A DNA stretch of 64,000 bases from Limnochordia bacterium (GCA_050951545.1 JBMNJG010000005.1:192001-256000), one strand, 5' to 3'. Positions 37,342 to 47,484 are shown, numbered from the stretch's first letter. Notes: generated by a model not told the origin, from the sequence alone. Made by a program: numbers and translations.

Positions 37342-39306
37342 TTGCAGATGCTTGGCTCGTCAGCTGCACGAGATTTCACAAAGTGGTTACGGGCACAGGT
37401 GGCACAGCCGGATGCACTGCCCCCTGATCCCCAAAGGGCTGAAGAGGTACCAGCCTACCAGGCCGCTGTCCGCAACATCCTTGCCACCGCGGCCGGAGAG
37501 GTACCTGAGTATGATAAGCTTGATCCCGTGGTACACCAAGTGATAGAGCGTGAGGGTTACCGCATCGAGGCTGTCTCGTTCGCTACATTCGCTGGGCTAC
37601 GCATGACCGCCAATGCCTACGTACCGCAGAGCTCCGGCCGCGTACCAGGCGTGCTGATAGTGCATGGCCATTGGCCCCACGGTCGGCGCGACCCGCAGGT
37701 GCAGTTCCGCTGCTTAGCCCTTGTGAAATCAGGATACTTCGTCCTCGCCGTCGACTGCATCGGTGCTGGTGAGCGAGCGGTCACGTTGCCCGGTGCTTAC
37801 CACGGGGGCGTAGATGGTGCCGCTCTCTGGCTCCACGGTTACTCCCTGTTTGGTATTCAGATCCACGAGAACGTCCGTGCATGCGATTATCTCGTGTCAC
37901 GACCCGAAGTCGATTCTGCAAGGCTAGCCATCACGGGGGCGTCCGGCGGTGGTAACCAGTCCTTTTACACGGGCGCCTGGGATACGCGTTTTAGCGCAGT
38001 GATTCCCGTCTGCTCAACCGGAGCGTATCGGCACATGGTGGGCAACAGCAACTGTGTCTGCGAAACGCCTCGCGCCTTGCCAGCAGCTATGGAACAGGGA
38101 GCTCTCTTCTCTTTGATCGCTCCCCGCGCCTTGCTGGTCATGAATGCCCTGAACGATTCTATCAGCTTCTGGCATGAAGATGCCCGCCAGCAGATCGCCA
38201 CAGCAAGTCGCGCTTGGGAGCTGTTGGGCTGTCGAGAAAAGGTAGCCTTTAGGGCCCTGCCCACCACACATGGGTACTGGCCTCCCTACCGTGAAGCGTT
38301 GCTCGGCTGGCTCGCTCGTTGGCTCAAGGACGAATCCGAGGCAACACCGCGCCCGGAACCTGCTGTAGAGATCGAAGACTTCCAGAGACTGTCTTGCTAC
38401 CCCGAAGCGGAAGCTCCCCAGGTGATGACTGTGCGCGACCTCTACGGCAGGCTGTCACAGTCTGAGACCCCAAAGGAACAGCCGACTCTGCCTGCCCTGC
38501 AAGAGTTACTGCAGGTACCATCCTCGGCTCTGAGCCTGCGCGTCGAACGCGTGACTCGAGCTGGTTCTCCCATGGGACTGGGAATCGCCCTGCACACAGA
38601 CGATGGCCTGGTGCTGCCTACCATAGCCCTGTGGCAGGGCTATGAGCGTCCTCACGCGGATGTCTTGATCTGGATAGGCAATGACAAAGGCGAGGCAGCA
38701 AAGTGCCCCATGGTGCGCACCGCTTTGGAGAAGGGCCAGCTTGTGTGGGCTGTTGACCTACCTGGCCTTGGGGAAGCCACGCTGAACAGCGACCTGAGCG
38801 GAGGCGACCAGCGTATTCGCCATAATGCCACCCGGGCTTGCCATATGCTGGGCTTTGACCTCGCTGGCCTGTGGCTTCACCTGCTACGCAGGGTGGTTAC
38901 TACGGCCCGCGAAAACGGTGCCGGATCCGTGGCACTAGCGGCGCAAGGTGGACCAGGAACCGTGGTTCTTCTCGGCGCAGGCCTCCTAGACGGTGTCGAC
39001 CGCCTCTTGGTAAGAGCGCCTTTGGCGTCGTATTGCATAGGCGACACCTTCGAACACCAACCCATGGAGATCTTCATATCTAACCTTGCGCGCCTGGGAG
39101 ACATCCCCCAGCTTGCTGGCTTACGCGCTCCTGGCAGACTCACTGTCGCCGCGCCATTGGGGCCGCGCAACGAACAGTTGTCGCTGTCGCAGCGAGAGGA
39201 GATCTTCGCGTCAACCCGCAGCTGCTATGCCCAAACTGGTCACCCTGGCAACTTCCGCCTGATTGGACTTGCCGAAGTGCAAAGCGGCCTGGGCCGATGG
39301 CTGTAG
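37342..39306 (+). CDS. Two-domain alpha/beta hydrolase (acetyl esterase/dienelactone hydrolase-like)
   Basis: HGHW, D..G.GER, TGASGGG nucleophile, LIAPR; degenerate second domain; start after GGGAGG. Confidence 0.8.
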   Translation: MQMLGSSAARDFTKWLRAQVAQPDALPPDPQRAEEVPAYQAAVRNILATAAGEVPEYDKLDPVVHQVIEREGYRIEAVSFATFAGLRMTANAYVPQSSGRVPGVLIVHGHWPHGRRDPQVQFRCLALVKSGYFVLAVDCIGAGERAVTLPGAYHGGVDGAALWLHGYSLFGIQIHENVRACDYLVSRPEVDSARLAITGASGGGNQSFYTGAWDTRFSAVIPVCSTGAYRHMVGNSNCVCETPRALPAAMEQGALFSLIAPRALLVMNALNDSISFWHEDARQQIATASRAWELLGCREKVAFRALPTTHGYWPPYREALLGWLARWLKDESEATPRPEPAVEIEDFQRLSCYPEAEAPQVMTVRDLYGRLSQSETPKEQPTLPALQELLQVPSSALSLRVERVTRAGSPMGLGIALHTDDGLVLPTIALWQGYERPHADVLIWIGNDKGEAAKCPMVRTALEKGQLVWAVDLPGLGEATLNSDLSGGDQRIRHNATRACHMLGFDLAGLWLHLLRRVVTTARENGAGSVALAAQGGPGTVVLLGAGLLDGVDRLLVRAPLASYCIGDTFEHQPMEIFISNLARLGDIPQLAGLRAPGRLTVAAPLGPRNEQLSLSQREEIFASTRSCYAQTGHPGNFRLIGLAEVQSGLGRWL

Positions 39307-39335
39307 ATGAGAAAGAGCCCCAGTCGAAGGGCTGC

Positions 39336-40496
39336 CTACTGGCGGCCCTTCTCAACTCGTAGCAGACGCCAGGCTATCCACAGCAGGGGCAGAATCAACA
39401 GATAGTTCATTCCGACAGCCACTTTGAAGCTCCATCTGTCCGCTATGATACCAGTCCACCATGGTGGAATCATGGTACCCAGTGTCATAGCCAATGACAT
39501 CGTGGCCGCGACCGTACCAGCCAATGCAGGAAACAGATTGTTCGCATAGGCCAGTGCAGTGGGATAAAGGCCCGAAAAAAAGAGCCCGCTCAAAGCTACG
39601 CTGAAGGTGATCACCAGTGGGTGCCTGCCAAGGATGACAAGAGGGAAGCTCACCACTGCACCTATCGACAGGATCAGTATGGTTTTTGCGTACCCTACCC
39701 GATCCGCCACCGACGCACACACAAAGCGCCCTAGAGTCAGTCCGACATAAAACAAAGAGATCATGCTGGTCGCCAAGAACGCAGGGACTCCCCCACTCTC
39801 CTGCAGATACATGTTCACCCACCCCAATAGCACCCAGGCGACGCCGTTATAGATGAAAGCTACAGCGAATAGGGAGAGAGCCACGCTATTCTTGAGGAAT
39901 TCCACGCTTAGAAGCTGCCTCTTGGCAACGGTTGCGCCCTTCTTGGGGTAGTTGAAAAGGAGCGCAGCCAGCCCAAAGGCAAGCCAAACAAGCGCCGAGC
40001 CAGCGAATATCACCCGCCAGTCTCGGCCCAATCCCAGCACCAGAGCTATCAGCAATGGCGACAGTGCTGCACCAGTGCTGTAGATGCCGTGCAGTAGGTT
40101 CAGTGCCTTTGCCCGGTTTTCCTGGTGAAGGTCTGACATCAAAGCGTTGATGGTCGTCGAGACCGCTCCCTGCGAGGCACCCATGATCGCAAACCCCAAC
40201 AGAAAAACAGGCCAGCTGCCAGCGAGGGCAGCTAGGCCCAATCCCGCCGCCTGTAACAGAGCGCTGGTCACCAGCAACGGTTTGCGGCCCAGCAAATCTG
40301 AGGAGACCCCCGAAAACATGCTCCCAATAAATGAACCGAGCGCCTTGGCCGGGAAGGCTAAGCCCGCCGAAGCCAGCGAAAGACCGAAATGGGCGATGAT
40401 ATTGGGCATCAATGGCGGGAAGATGATCACGATGGTACCGACAATGAAGTAACCAACCTGACAGAAACGAACAAGGCCTTTGCTTGAGGCGCGCAT
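39336..40496 (-). CDS. MFS transporter (fucose permease-like)
   Basis: 12 TM, 'SD..GRK', 'LNLLHG.YS.GA..SP'. Confidence 0.88.
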   Translation of the reverse strand: MRASSKGLVRFCQVGYFIVGTIVIIFPPLMPNIIAHFGLSLASAGLAFPAKALGSFIGSMFSGVSSDLLGRKPLLVTSALLQAAGLGLAALAGSWPVFLLGFAIMGASQGAVSTTINALMSDLHQENRAKALNLLHGIYSTGAALSPLLIALVLGLGRDWRVIFAGSALVWLAFGLAALLFNYPKKGATVAKRQLLSVEFLKNSVALSLFAVAFIYNGVAWVLLGWVNMYLQESGGVPAFLATSMISLFYVGLTLGRFVCASVADRVGYAKTILILSIGAVVSFPLVILGRHPLVITFSVALSGLFFSGLYPTALAYANNLFPALAGTVAATMSLAMTLGTMIPPWWTGIIADRWSFKVAVGMNYLLILPLLWIAWRLLRVEKGRQ

Positions 40497-40646
40497 GACA
40501 TCGGTCCTTTACATGAATTGGGTTGCTCCAGTATCTATTGGCAGCGAACTACCGCCACTCCTGCGGCAAGGGAACGAAAAGGGGCGGTCGTGAGCCCAGA
40601 AGACTCTTACCGCCCCTCTGTTTCAACTACTATATGGAAGCTGTAT

Positions 40647-41882
40647 CTAAAAGCTCACCGTCAGTCCCGCAAGAACGCCTTGAGCAGCTTCTTTCAGATC
40701 CGCTAACTCGCTTTTTTCACTACCAGTCACCCATACTGCCCCAAGCGTGAGCTTGGTAGCCTCCGCCAGCTCGTAGGTATACTGTGGTAACAGCAAAGCC
40801 CCGCTGTCCGTCGCATTGAAGAGAGCAACCAGCTCGAGATCGTGCTTGTCTCTGGGCGAGTACTGCCCTCTAGCGACTACGTAGGTCTGCGCCTCACCGC
40901 CCACCATCGGATCAAAATAGGGGACAAGTAGGGAGCCTCCCTGATGATACACGACCTGTGCTGATGCATAGAGCCCGTTGTCGAAGGAGTAGTCTGCGCC
41001 CACCACACACTGCATATAGGGGTCGTTTGATGACATAGCCAGGCTCATCGGGGCGTCAAGCTCATCCAGGTGGTCAGGTACCTTGTAGGCTCCCTCAAAC
41101 CAAAGAGACGCACCTCGGAAGTCAAAGGCTGTCGCTACGCCAGCACTCTGCACGCGACGATACTGAGTGCGAGGGACCGGAGGCGGGGCGAGTGGGTCGG
41201 CAAAGGTCAGCCACGCCGCTGGCAGGTCATCCCAACCGTTGAAATAAGTCACATAAACTGGCCACCCGCCGACGGGCAGCTCTCCTCGTACGGCAAATTC
41301 CAACTGATCGCCATTGCCAGCAGGCCCCCCCGACGCAGGAGGCAGCTTCAGCTCGCTGGGCAGATCTCCAGGGACAAAATCCAGCACGCACACACCAGTA
41401 ATCCCTGCGCCGCCAGGCAGATAGTAGGCCGCCATAACCGCAGGCACTGGCTTCCCTTTGAGCTGCAGTGCGCTCAGGGAGCCATAGTCCCTGGGGTTGA
41501 TATCACTCGTGGGGTTAAGACCGTCTGCCGTTCCCCAGTTGATCACCTGGCGGCCCACTCGAATATCCACCTGCGACAGGTAGGCATCAGCATATGCTTC
41601 GTCAAGCTCCCACCAAGTTCTGGATACAGGCCGATATCCCGCACCGCCCTTAAACGACAAGCGGTAAACGGTGGCCAAACCTACCTCTCCATCTAGGCTC
41701 AGGCTGTAGCGCAGCTGGCTGTTTCCAAAGGACTGCGCTTCAGTCAGGTAGTGCAGATCATAGCCAAGCTCACCACTAACCTCCGCCGTGGCAGCCCATC
41801 CGGGTATGGTGAACATGATGAGCCCCACAAGCACGAACAGAAACCATCGATCTGCCAATGTACGAACCGCCAACAACAACAC
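40647..41882 (-). CDS. Probable outer-membrane beta-barrel protein (DUF1302-like)
   Basis: Signal peptide, 'EAY.D...RVGRQVINWG.AD..NP.', alternating beta pattern, terminal Phe. Confidence 0.65.
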   Translation of the reverse strand: MLLLAVRTLADRWFLFVLVGLIMFTIPGWAATAEVSGELGYDLHYLTEAQSFGNSQLRYSLSLDGEVGLATVYRLSFKGGAGYRPVSRTWWELDEAYADAYLSQVDIRVGRQVINWGTADGLNPTSDINPRDYGSLSALQLKGKPVPAVMAAYYLPGGAGITGVCVLDFVPGDLPSELKLPPASGGPAGNGDQLEFAVRGELPVGGWPVYVTYFNGWDDLPAAWLTFADPLAPPPVPRTQYRRVQSAGVATAFDFRGASLWFEGAYKVPDHLDELDAPMSLAMSSNDPYMQCVVGADYSFDNGLYASAQVVYHQGGSLLVPYFDPMVGGEAQTYVVARGQYSPRDKHDLELVALFNATDSGALLLPQYTYELAEATKLTLGAVWVTGSEKSELADLKEAAQGVLAGLTVSF

Positions 41883-41909
41883 GTCCTTTCTGTCAGTGGT
41901 GAGGTCCTC

Positions 41910-42698
41910 TTACCGCCTTAGGTAGCGCAGTGTGAACACATCCTCAGAGACCGGCTTCTCGCTTGAACTGAGTATGCGTAGAACCGTCGTGCTCCCGGTG
42001 TTCAGATCAGCCAGAGTGACCTCATGGGGCTGCCACTCACCCTTGCTGTTGCGGCGCAGATCCTTGCTATCCAGTCGTTTGATGGGGCGCTTTCGCTTGT
42101 CGAAGAACTCCACAGACAGCGGTATCCGGGACTGTTTGTCTACCGCCATTGTTAGCCGGCCGTAGCTGGCCTTTGTGGATTTCGGCGCCAACTCCAGCAC
42201 ATAGCAGTCTCGGCCGTCTATGCTCTTGTCACGCTGACGTACAGGCTTGTATTCCTCCGAGAACGAGGAAGCCCCGCTAATCTCCTCAAAGGTGAAGTCT
42301 GTACCCATAAACTTCCCTTGGACCGCGCTTCCGGCAATAACTCGCTCGCGCCCCACCGCTGGTAGATAGAGCCACATCTGGGTGCTTTGTCTGGGCGAGC
42401 TGATACTCAGGAACTTCGTGCCCTTAACATCAGCCGGAGCCACGAACACAACAAGCTGCTTGGTTGTGCCTCGCCCGTCATCCGAGCGATACAGGTCAAC
42501 TTGCTGCGTCTTTACCTGTCCCCGCCTACTTGTCACTGTCATGTCGACTCTTGCCTCACCGCTGCCCGCAAACGCAGTCGAATCCGAGACGCTGTCAAGA
42601 ATCTGCTGAGCCGTCGGTTCAGCAGCCTCTACCGCCCCCGAGAAGACCATGCCGCACAGCAGCGATACTACCACGAGTACACCGAGCCTTTCACGCAA
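41910..42698 (-). CDS. Outer-membrane lipoprotein-sorting protein (LolA-like/DUF1329)
   Basis: 'PADVKGTKFL', 'WLYLPA', 'FMGTDFTFEE', terminal 'FT.RYL'. Confidence 0.85.
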   Translation of the reverse strand: MRERLGVLVVVSLLCGMVFSGAVEAAEPTAQQILDSVSDSTAFAGSGEARVDMTVTSRRGQVKTQQVDLYRSDDGRGTTKQLVVFVAPADVKGTKFLSISSPRQSTQMWLYLPAVGRERVIAGSAVQGKFMGTDFTFEEISGASSFSEEYKPVRQRDKSIDGRDCYVLELAPKSTKASYGRLTMAVDKQSRIPLSVEFFDKRKRPIKRLDSKDLRRNSKGEWQPHEVTLADLNTGSTTVLRILSSSEKPVSEDVFTLRYLRR

Positions 42699-42713
42699 TA
42701 CGAACGCCCCCCA

Positions 42714-43325
42714 CTACTGAGTTTCTGCTGCGGGTGCTAGTGCCCCCACGCGGAATAGCTGATACACCTCTTGGGCCAGCGCCTCCGGGGATTCGTCGCC
42801 ATTTGTGACAATCCAATCGAAGGCTACGGCGTGGATCATGCCCTGAAGAGCCTGAGCCAGAGTGTGCTCATAGACCGTTCGCAGCACACCTTCTCGTATG
42901 CCACGCTTCAGAACATCAGCTATCAGCTGACTCATATGCTCTGATCCACGCTTTGCTGGCCCCTCCATCCCCTCTGCTATCTGGCCAAGCTGACCATAGA
43001 GAATGGCGATAAACTCTCTCTCTTCGAAGTAGAAGACGAAATGAGCACTGATGATCCCTCTGATCATGGCCGCGATATCGCGTCCCTCGGATATCTGGCC
43101 CTCAACCAAGTGAATTAGTCGACCCATTCGCTCCTCGACCAACGCTCTGAGCAGCTCTTTCTTGCTCGGGAAGTACAGGTAAATGGTACCCTTTGCTATA
43201 GAAGCTCTCTCAGCAATGGTCTCAACCTTAGCCCTGTAGAAACCATGTTCTGCAAAAACCTCCTGCGCGGCCGCCAGTATGGCGGCGCGCCGATCACCGC
43301 GTTCATAGGCTGACGAAGTACCCAC
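42714..43325 (-). CDS. TetR/AcrR transcriptional regulator
   Basis: 'IA.RA.IAKGTIYLYF.SK.EL'. Confidence 0.93.
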   Translation of the reverse strand: MGTSSAYERGDRRAAILAAAQEVFAEHGFYRAKVETIAERASIAKGTIYLYFPSKKELLRALVEERMGRLIHLVEGQISEGRDIAAMIRGIISAHFVFYFEEREFIAILYGQLGQIAEGMEGPAKRGSEHMSQLIADVLKRGIREGVLRTVYEHTLAQALQGMIHAVAFDWIVTNGDESPEALAQEVYQLFRVGALAPAAETQ

Positions 43326-43338
43326 GGGCCAGACCCCC

Positions 43339-45627
43339 TCATCTCGTGCTGTGAGCTGTCGCTGCAGCCCGTTTCTCGCTACGCGCCGCTCTTGTCACGA
43401 GCAGTGCGGGTAGCACGGTAATGGCACTAGTCGCTGACACAACCATAGTAGCTGCGATCAAGGCTCCAAACTCACGCATCGGCTGAAAGGCTGACAGCAC
43501 AAGCACCAAGAATCCAGCGGTTACGGCTCCCGCATTGAGTAGCACGGCATACCCCGTGGTTGCAGTAGCCTTGGCAATGGCCTCTGCCGAGTGGGCACCA
43601 TTCGTCCTCTCCTCTTTGTGTCGCGTATACATGTGAATGCTGTAGTCGATACCCATCCCCACGGCCACGCTGGTCACCAAGGCTGTAACCACATTAAACG
43701 ACAGCCCAAACCAGCCCATCACCCCAAAATTGACAATGATCGTGATGACGATGGGGACCAGACACAGCAGGCTAGCTGCCGCAGACCCAACCATCGGCCA
43801 AACCAGGAGAAAGACTGTGATAAGCGACAGTACGAGGCTTTGTACTTGGCCCTCAGTGATCAAGTCAGCCATGGACCGCCCCAGCAGAGGTGTCCCCGTA
43901 ACCTGAACCTCGCTCACCTCAGGGACGGCGCCCAACTCGTCGCAGATCCGCTGCACCCGGTCCAACACAAGCCGTTGCTCCTTAGACGACGTCGCAGCCA
44001 TAATGATCTCGATCTTGGCTTGCTCGTGATCGATCGTCAGCAGCTCAGACAATCCGGCATCACCTGACATCGACAGCAGTAGCAAATACTGAGCTATAGC
44101 CTCGCGTGTATCGGGAATGCGCTCGTAGGCAGGGTCATCTGCATGCAAAACTCGAGAGACCCGCTTCACCAAGTCTACTACAGACAGCGGAGTAGACAGA
44201 TGCGGAATCGCCTTCAGCTGTTCTTGAGCCGTTTCCATCGCCCGCAGCACTTCCGGCTCGGTGATACTGCCATCCACAACGATCTGGATAGTACCCGTGC
44301 CCCCAAAATGCTCCTGAACCAGGTCAAACGCGTTACGCGTGGGGCTCCCCTTCTCGAAGAAGTTGATGAAGTCGGTCTCGACACTCAGGCGAGGCAAGCC
44401 TAAGGCCGCAACGACTACTATACCAAACGCTATTACGGCCACAACACCCCGATGGCGGGCCACCCATCCGCCGAATCTGGCCAGAAAGGCCGCTTCACCC
44501 TGCTCGACACTGCGCGACCAACCCCGCTCACTGCGCTTGCCGACCAACAGAAGAATGCTGGGGATCATGACAGTGGAGACAACCAAGGCCACCAACACGC
44601 CAAAGGCTGTCAATAGCCCAAACTCGCGAATGCGGATAATGCTGCTAAAAGCATTTGACAGAAATCCAGCGGCCGTAGTAGCGCCAGCCATGAAGACTGC
44701 GGGGCCTACCTGTCGCACCACGCGCTCTACTCGCTCACGGTTATCTGTTACCTGAGTTACCTCTCCCCGGTAGCGATGTAACACGTGAATGCCGTAGGCA
44801 CTGCCGACACTAGTGAAGACAGCTGGCAGGATGGCACTCAGTTGAGTGAGCGGCACGCCAGTGAAGCCCATCAGACCGAGGGTCCAGGTCATGCTGATTA
44901 ACATGGTCAGTAGCGGCAGAAGCACGCCCTGCCAGTTGCGAAAACTGAGGAAGAGCATGGACAGAATGAGAATCACTACAAGCGGTGACAAACGCAGGAG
45001 GTCGCTACGCAAGGCCTCGTTCATCACCTGGTTTAGAACCGGACCACCCGTAAGATGCACCGTCATGTCACCGCACGCCTCACCAATCGCCGCCCGAATA
45101 GCGTTTACGGTTGCATCATTATCCGCCCATTCGTCTAGCGTAAGCAGGATAAGAGTGAAGGCTCCGTCTTCAGATACCAGCTTTCCAGCCAGCTGGTTGT
45201 CCTCCATCACTTGGCGCCGGAAGGCTTCAACCTCATCCTGAGTCGTCGGCAGCTCAGACAGCATGGGGCTCACTTCGATACCCCATTCCGAACCCCTGAT
45301 GTTCTCGATGCTGGTCAGACTACGTACTGTGTCCACGCCTTCGACAGCACTGAGAGCCTCGGTCAGCCGATCCAGGTCAGCGATGCCGCTGAGAGAGAAA
45401 ACCTCCTGGGCCTCTACCGCCAGCATGATGTATTCCGAACTGCCGAAGGTGTCTTGTGTCTCATTGAACAGCACCACACGGGGGTCATCTTCAGAGAAAA
45501 AGTTGGTCACATCGGTAGCCATGGTGACCCGCAAGGCACCATAGCCAAACACCAGCGTCGCCAGCACAAAAAAGCTGACCACCCATCCTGGGTAACGCCG
45601 TATTAGCTTCTGAACGAGATCTCGCAC
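43339..45627 (-). CDS. MMPL/RND-family lipid transporter
   Basis: Two repeats of TM + periplasmic loop + 5 TM; 'GMGIDYSIH'. Confidence 0.9.
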   Translation of the reverse strand: MRDLVQKLIRRYPGWVVSFFVLATLVFGYGALRVTMATDVTNFFSEDDPRVVLFNETQDTFGSSEYIMLAVEAQEVFSLSGIADLDRLTEALSAVEGVDTVRSLTSIENIRGSEWGIEVSPMLSELPTTQDEVEAFRRQVMEDNQLAGKLVSEDGAFTLILLTLDEWADNDATVNAIRAAIGEACGDMTVHLTGGPVLNQVMNEALRSDLLRLSPLVVILILSMLFLSFRNWQGVLLPLLTMLISMTWTLGLMGFTGVPLTQLSAILPAVFTSVGSAYGIHVLHRYRGEVTQVTDNRERVERVVRQVGPAVFMAGATTAAGFLSNAFSSIIRIREFGLLTAFGVLVALVVSTVMIPSILLLVGKRSERGWSRSVEQGEAAFLARFGGWVARHRGVVAVIAFGIVVVAALGLPRLSVETDFINFFEKGSPTRNAFDLVQEHFGGTGTIQIVVDGSITEPEVLRAMETAQEQLKAIPHLSTPLSVVDLVKRVSRVLHADDPAYERIPDTREAIAQYLLLLSMSGDAGLSELLTIDHEQAKIEIIMAATSSKEQRLVLDRVQRICDELGAVPEVSEVQVTGTPLLGRSMADLITEGQVQSLVLSLITVFLLVWPMVGSAAASLLCLVPIVITIIVNFGVMGWFGLSFNVVTALVTSVAVGMGIDYSIHMYTRHKEERTNGAHSAEAIAKATATTGYAVLLNAGAVTAGFLVLVLSAFQPMREFGALIAATMVVSATSAITVLPALLVTRAARSEKRAAATAHSTR

Positions 45628-45707
45628 TCGCTGCCACGCCCCTTTACCATTCCTTCTGCGCCCATCGTGTCGAGAACTTGTGCGCCGTCCCTCTGCTAAT
45701 CCACTTC

Positions 45708-45765
45708 ACTGACTGGCCGGTCAGTCACTGGTTTCCACTATATACCCCAAGAGAGTATTCGTCAA
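45708..45765 (-). promoter_or_regulatory. SigA promoter with a downstream TetR-type operator
   Basis: TTGACG-N17-TATAGT on the minus strand; palindrome ACTGAC-TGGCCG-GTCAGT at 45708-45725. Confidence 0.75.
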
Positions 45766-45781
45766 CACCCACCATATGATA

Positions 45782-45837
45782 CCCCTCCCCAGTAAATGAT
45801 GCGATACTGTGCGAGCATGTCGGCCGCCAACCACGCG
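45782..45837 (-). repeat. Dispersed repeat, copy 4 (inverted)
   Basis: Minus strand GACATGCTCGCACAGT-ATCGCATCATTT..GGGAGG; 45818-45837 matches 5543-5562 at 19/20. Confidence 0.7.
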
Positions 45838-45904
45838 TACCCGAAGGACGATACCCACTGGAGCACGAACTCAGTCATAGAACAAGGGATGAGGGTGTAG
45901 CCAG

Positions 45905-47275
45905 ATGATGACACTTGATAGTCAACACGCGGACGGTCCCAATGTCGTGCTTGTCGTCTCCGACGATCACGGCCGAGAGGCACTGGGCTGCTACGGCAAT
46001 CCAGCTGTGAGTACGCCCTATCTTGATGAACTAGCGACTGACGGCGTACGCTTCACGCATGCCTTCTGCACGACCGCATCGTGCGCAGCCAGTCGCTCCG
46101 TTATCTTGACTGGCCTATACAACCACGCCAATGGTACCTATGGGCACACGCACGGTGCCCATCATTTCGCCTGTTTTGAGCATGTGCGCACTTTGCCCAG
46201 CCTTATCAAGGCGGCTGGGTATCGCACTGGACGCGTCGGCAAGATGCACTATGCCCCTGAACACCTCTTTCCCTTTGACTGGGGTGTGCCCGCAGGCAGA
46301 TTTGGGCGCGACGATGTGCGCATGGCAGAGCATTGCCGTGAGTTTGTGAAGGGAGAACAGCCCTTCTTTTTGTACTGGTGCTCCCATAATCCCCACCGAG
46401 CAGGGCTAATCAGAGAGCACCCGCTTCGTGCCAACAGCTTCGGCAATCCACAACAGGCCTTTGCAGGAGATGAGGAGCTCCTATATGCGCCAGAGGACGT
46501 GATGGTGCCCCCGTTCCTGCCCGACATTCCCGAAGTGCGAGCAGAGTTGGCCCAGTACTACCAGTCCATCTCTCGCCTGGACCGAGGCATCGGACGCCTC
46601 CTCCAGATTCTCAAGGACGAGGGAAAGTACGACAACACGGTTGTTATCTACATCTCCGATAACGGGGCAGCCTTTCCGGAAGCAAAGACCACTCTGTATG
46701 ATCCCGGCATGCGTCTTCCTTGCATTGTACGTAGCCCCTTGCACAAAAACCGCCACACCACCTGTGACGGGCTAATCACGTGGGCCGACATTACCCCCAC
46801 GATCCTCGATTTTGCTGGGGCCTACCAGGATCCTGAGCAATTTCACGGCCGTTCTTTCAAGGGGATCATCGATCAAGAGACCCCCTCACAATGGCGAGAG
46901 GAGATCTACGCAGCACACACCTTCCACGAGATCACCAACTACTACCCGATGCGCGTAGTGCGCACAAAGAGACACAAGTTCATCTGGAACATAGCCTGCA
47001 ACCTAGACTACTCTTTCGCCAGTGACCTGTGGAGCTCAGCCTCTTGGCAAGGCGCTCTTCAACGAGGACTGAACGCTTTTGGTGCCCGAAGCATAGAGGC
47101 CTACATCCACCGACCACGCTTTGAGCTCTATGATCTCGACATCGATCCCTATGAAACCAACAACCTCGCCGAGCGAGAAGAGTACCAGCAGATGATACAA
47201 ACGTTTGCAGGCAAGCTGCAGGCTTTCCAGGAGAAAACCGGGGACCCTTGGCTACACAAGTGGACGTATGAATGA
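45905..47275 (+). CDS. Sulfatase (sulfamidase/SGSH-like)
   Basis: PNVV...SDDH, CAASR..LTG, GK.H, SDNG, K..LY, 'NYYPMR..RT'. Confidence 0.9.
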   Translation: MMTLDSQHADGPNVVLVVSDDHGREALGCYGNPAVSTPYLDELATDGVRFTHAFCTTASCAASRSVILTGLYNHANGTYGHTHGAHHFACFEHVRTLPSLIKAAGYRTGRVGKMHYAPEHLFPFDWGVPAGRFGRDDVRMAEHCREFVKGEQPFFLYWCSHNPHRAGLIREHPLRANSFGNPQQAFAGDEELLYAPEDVMVPPFLPDIPEVRAELAQYYQSISRLDRGIGRLLQILKDEGKYDNTVVIYISDNGAAFPEAKTTLYDPGMRLPCIVRSPLHKNRHTTCDGLITWADITPTILDFAGAYQDPEQFHGRSFKGIIDQETPSQWREEIYAAHTFHEITNYYPMRVVRTKRHKFIWNIACNLDYSFASDLWSSASWQGALQRGLNAFGARSIEAYIHRPRFELYDLDIDPYETNNLAEREEYQQMIQTFAGKLQAFQEKTGDPWLHKWTYE

Positions 47276-47283
47276 GCTGTGTG

Positions 47284-47313
47284 ACGATGAGGCCGGAAAC
47301 CCGGCCTCATCGT
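47284..47313. terminator. Hairpin terminator between the sulfatase and the tRNA
   Basis: ACGATGAGGCCGG-aaac-CCGGCCTCATCGT. Confidence 0.75.
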
Positions 47314-47322
47314 GTTCTCCTT

Positions 47323-47398
47323 TGGTGCGCGCGAGAGGATTTGAACCCCTGGCCCTCTGATCCGAAGTCAGATGCTCTATCCACTGAGCTACGCGCGC
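47323..47398 (-). tRNA. tRNA-Arg (anticodon TCG)
   Basis: Cloverleaf, anticodon loop CTTCGGA, encoded CCA. Confidence 0.95.
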
Positions 47399-47484
47399 TC
47401 AAGATCAACCCGCTTTCTTATACTACCACAGTGGCCCCGCCCGCTCAATAGCCAGCGGAGCCACTAACCTAACGCATGGTTACC

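Noticed and set aside
45800-45900. Group II intron 5' end (GTGCG within the repeat)
   Set aside because: No domain V/VI and no RT ORF; the similarity is limited to the pentamer.
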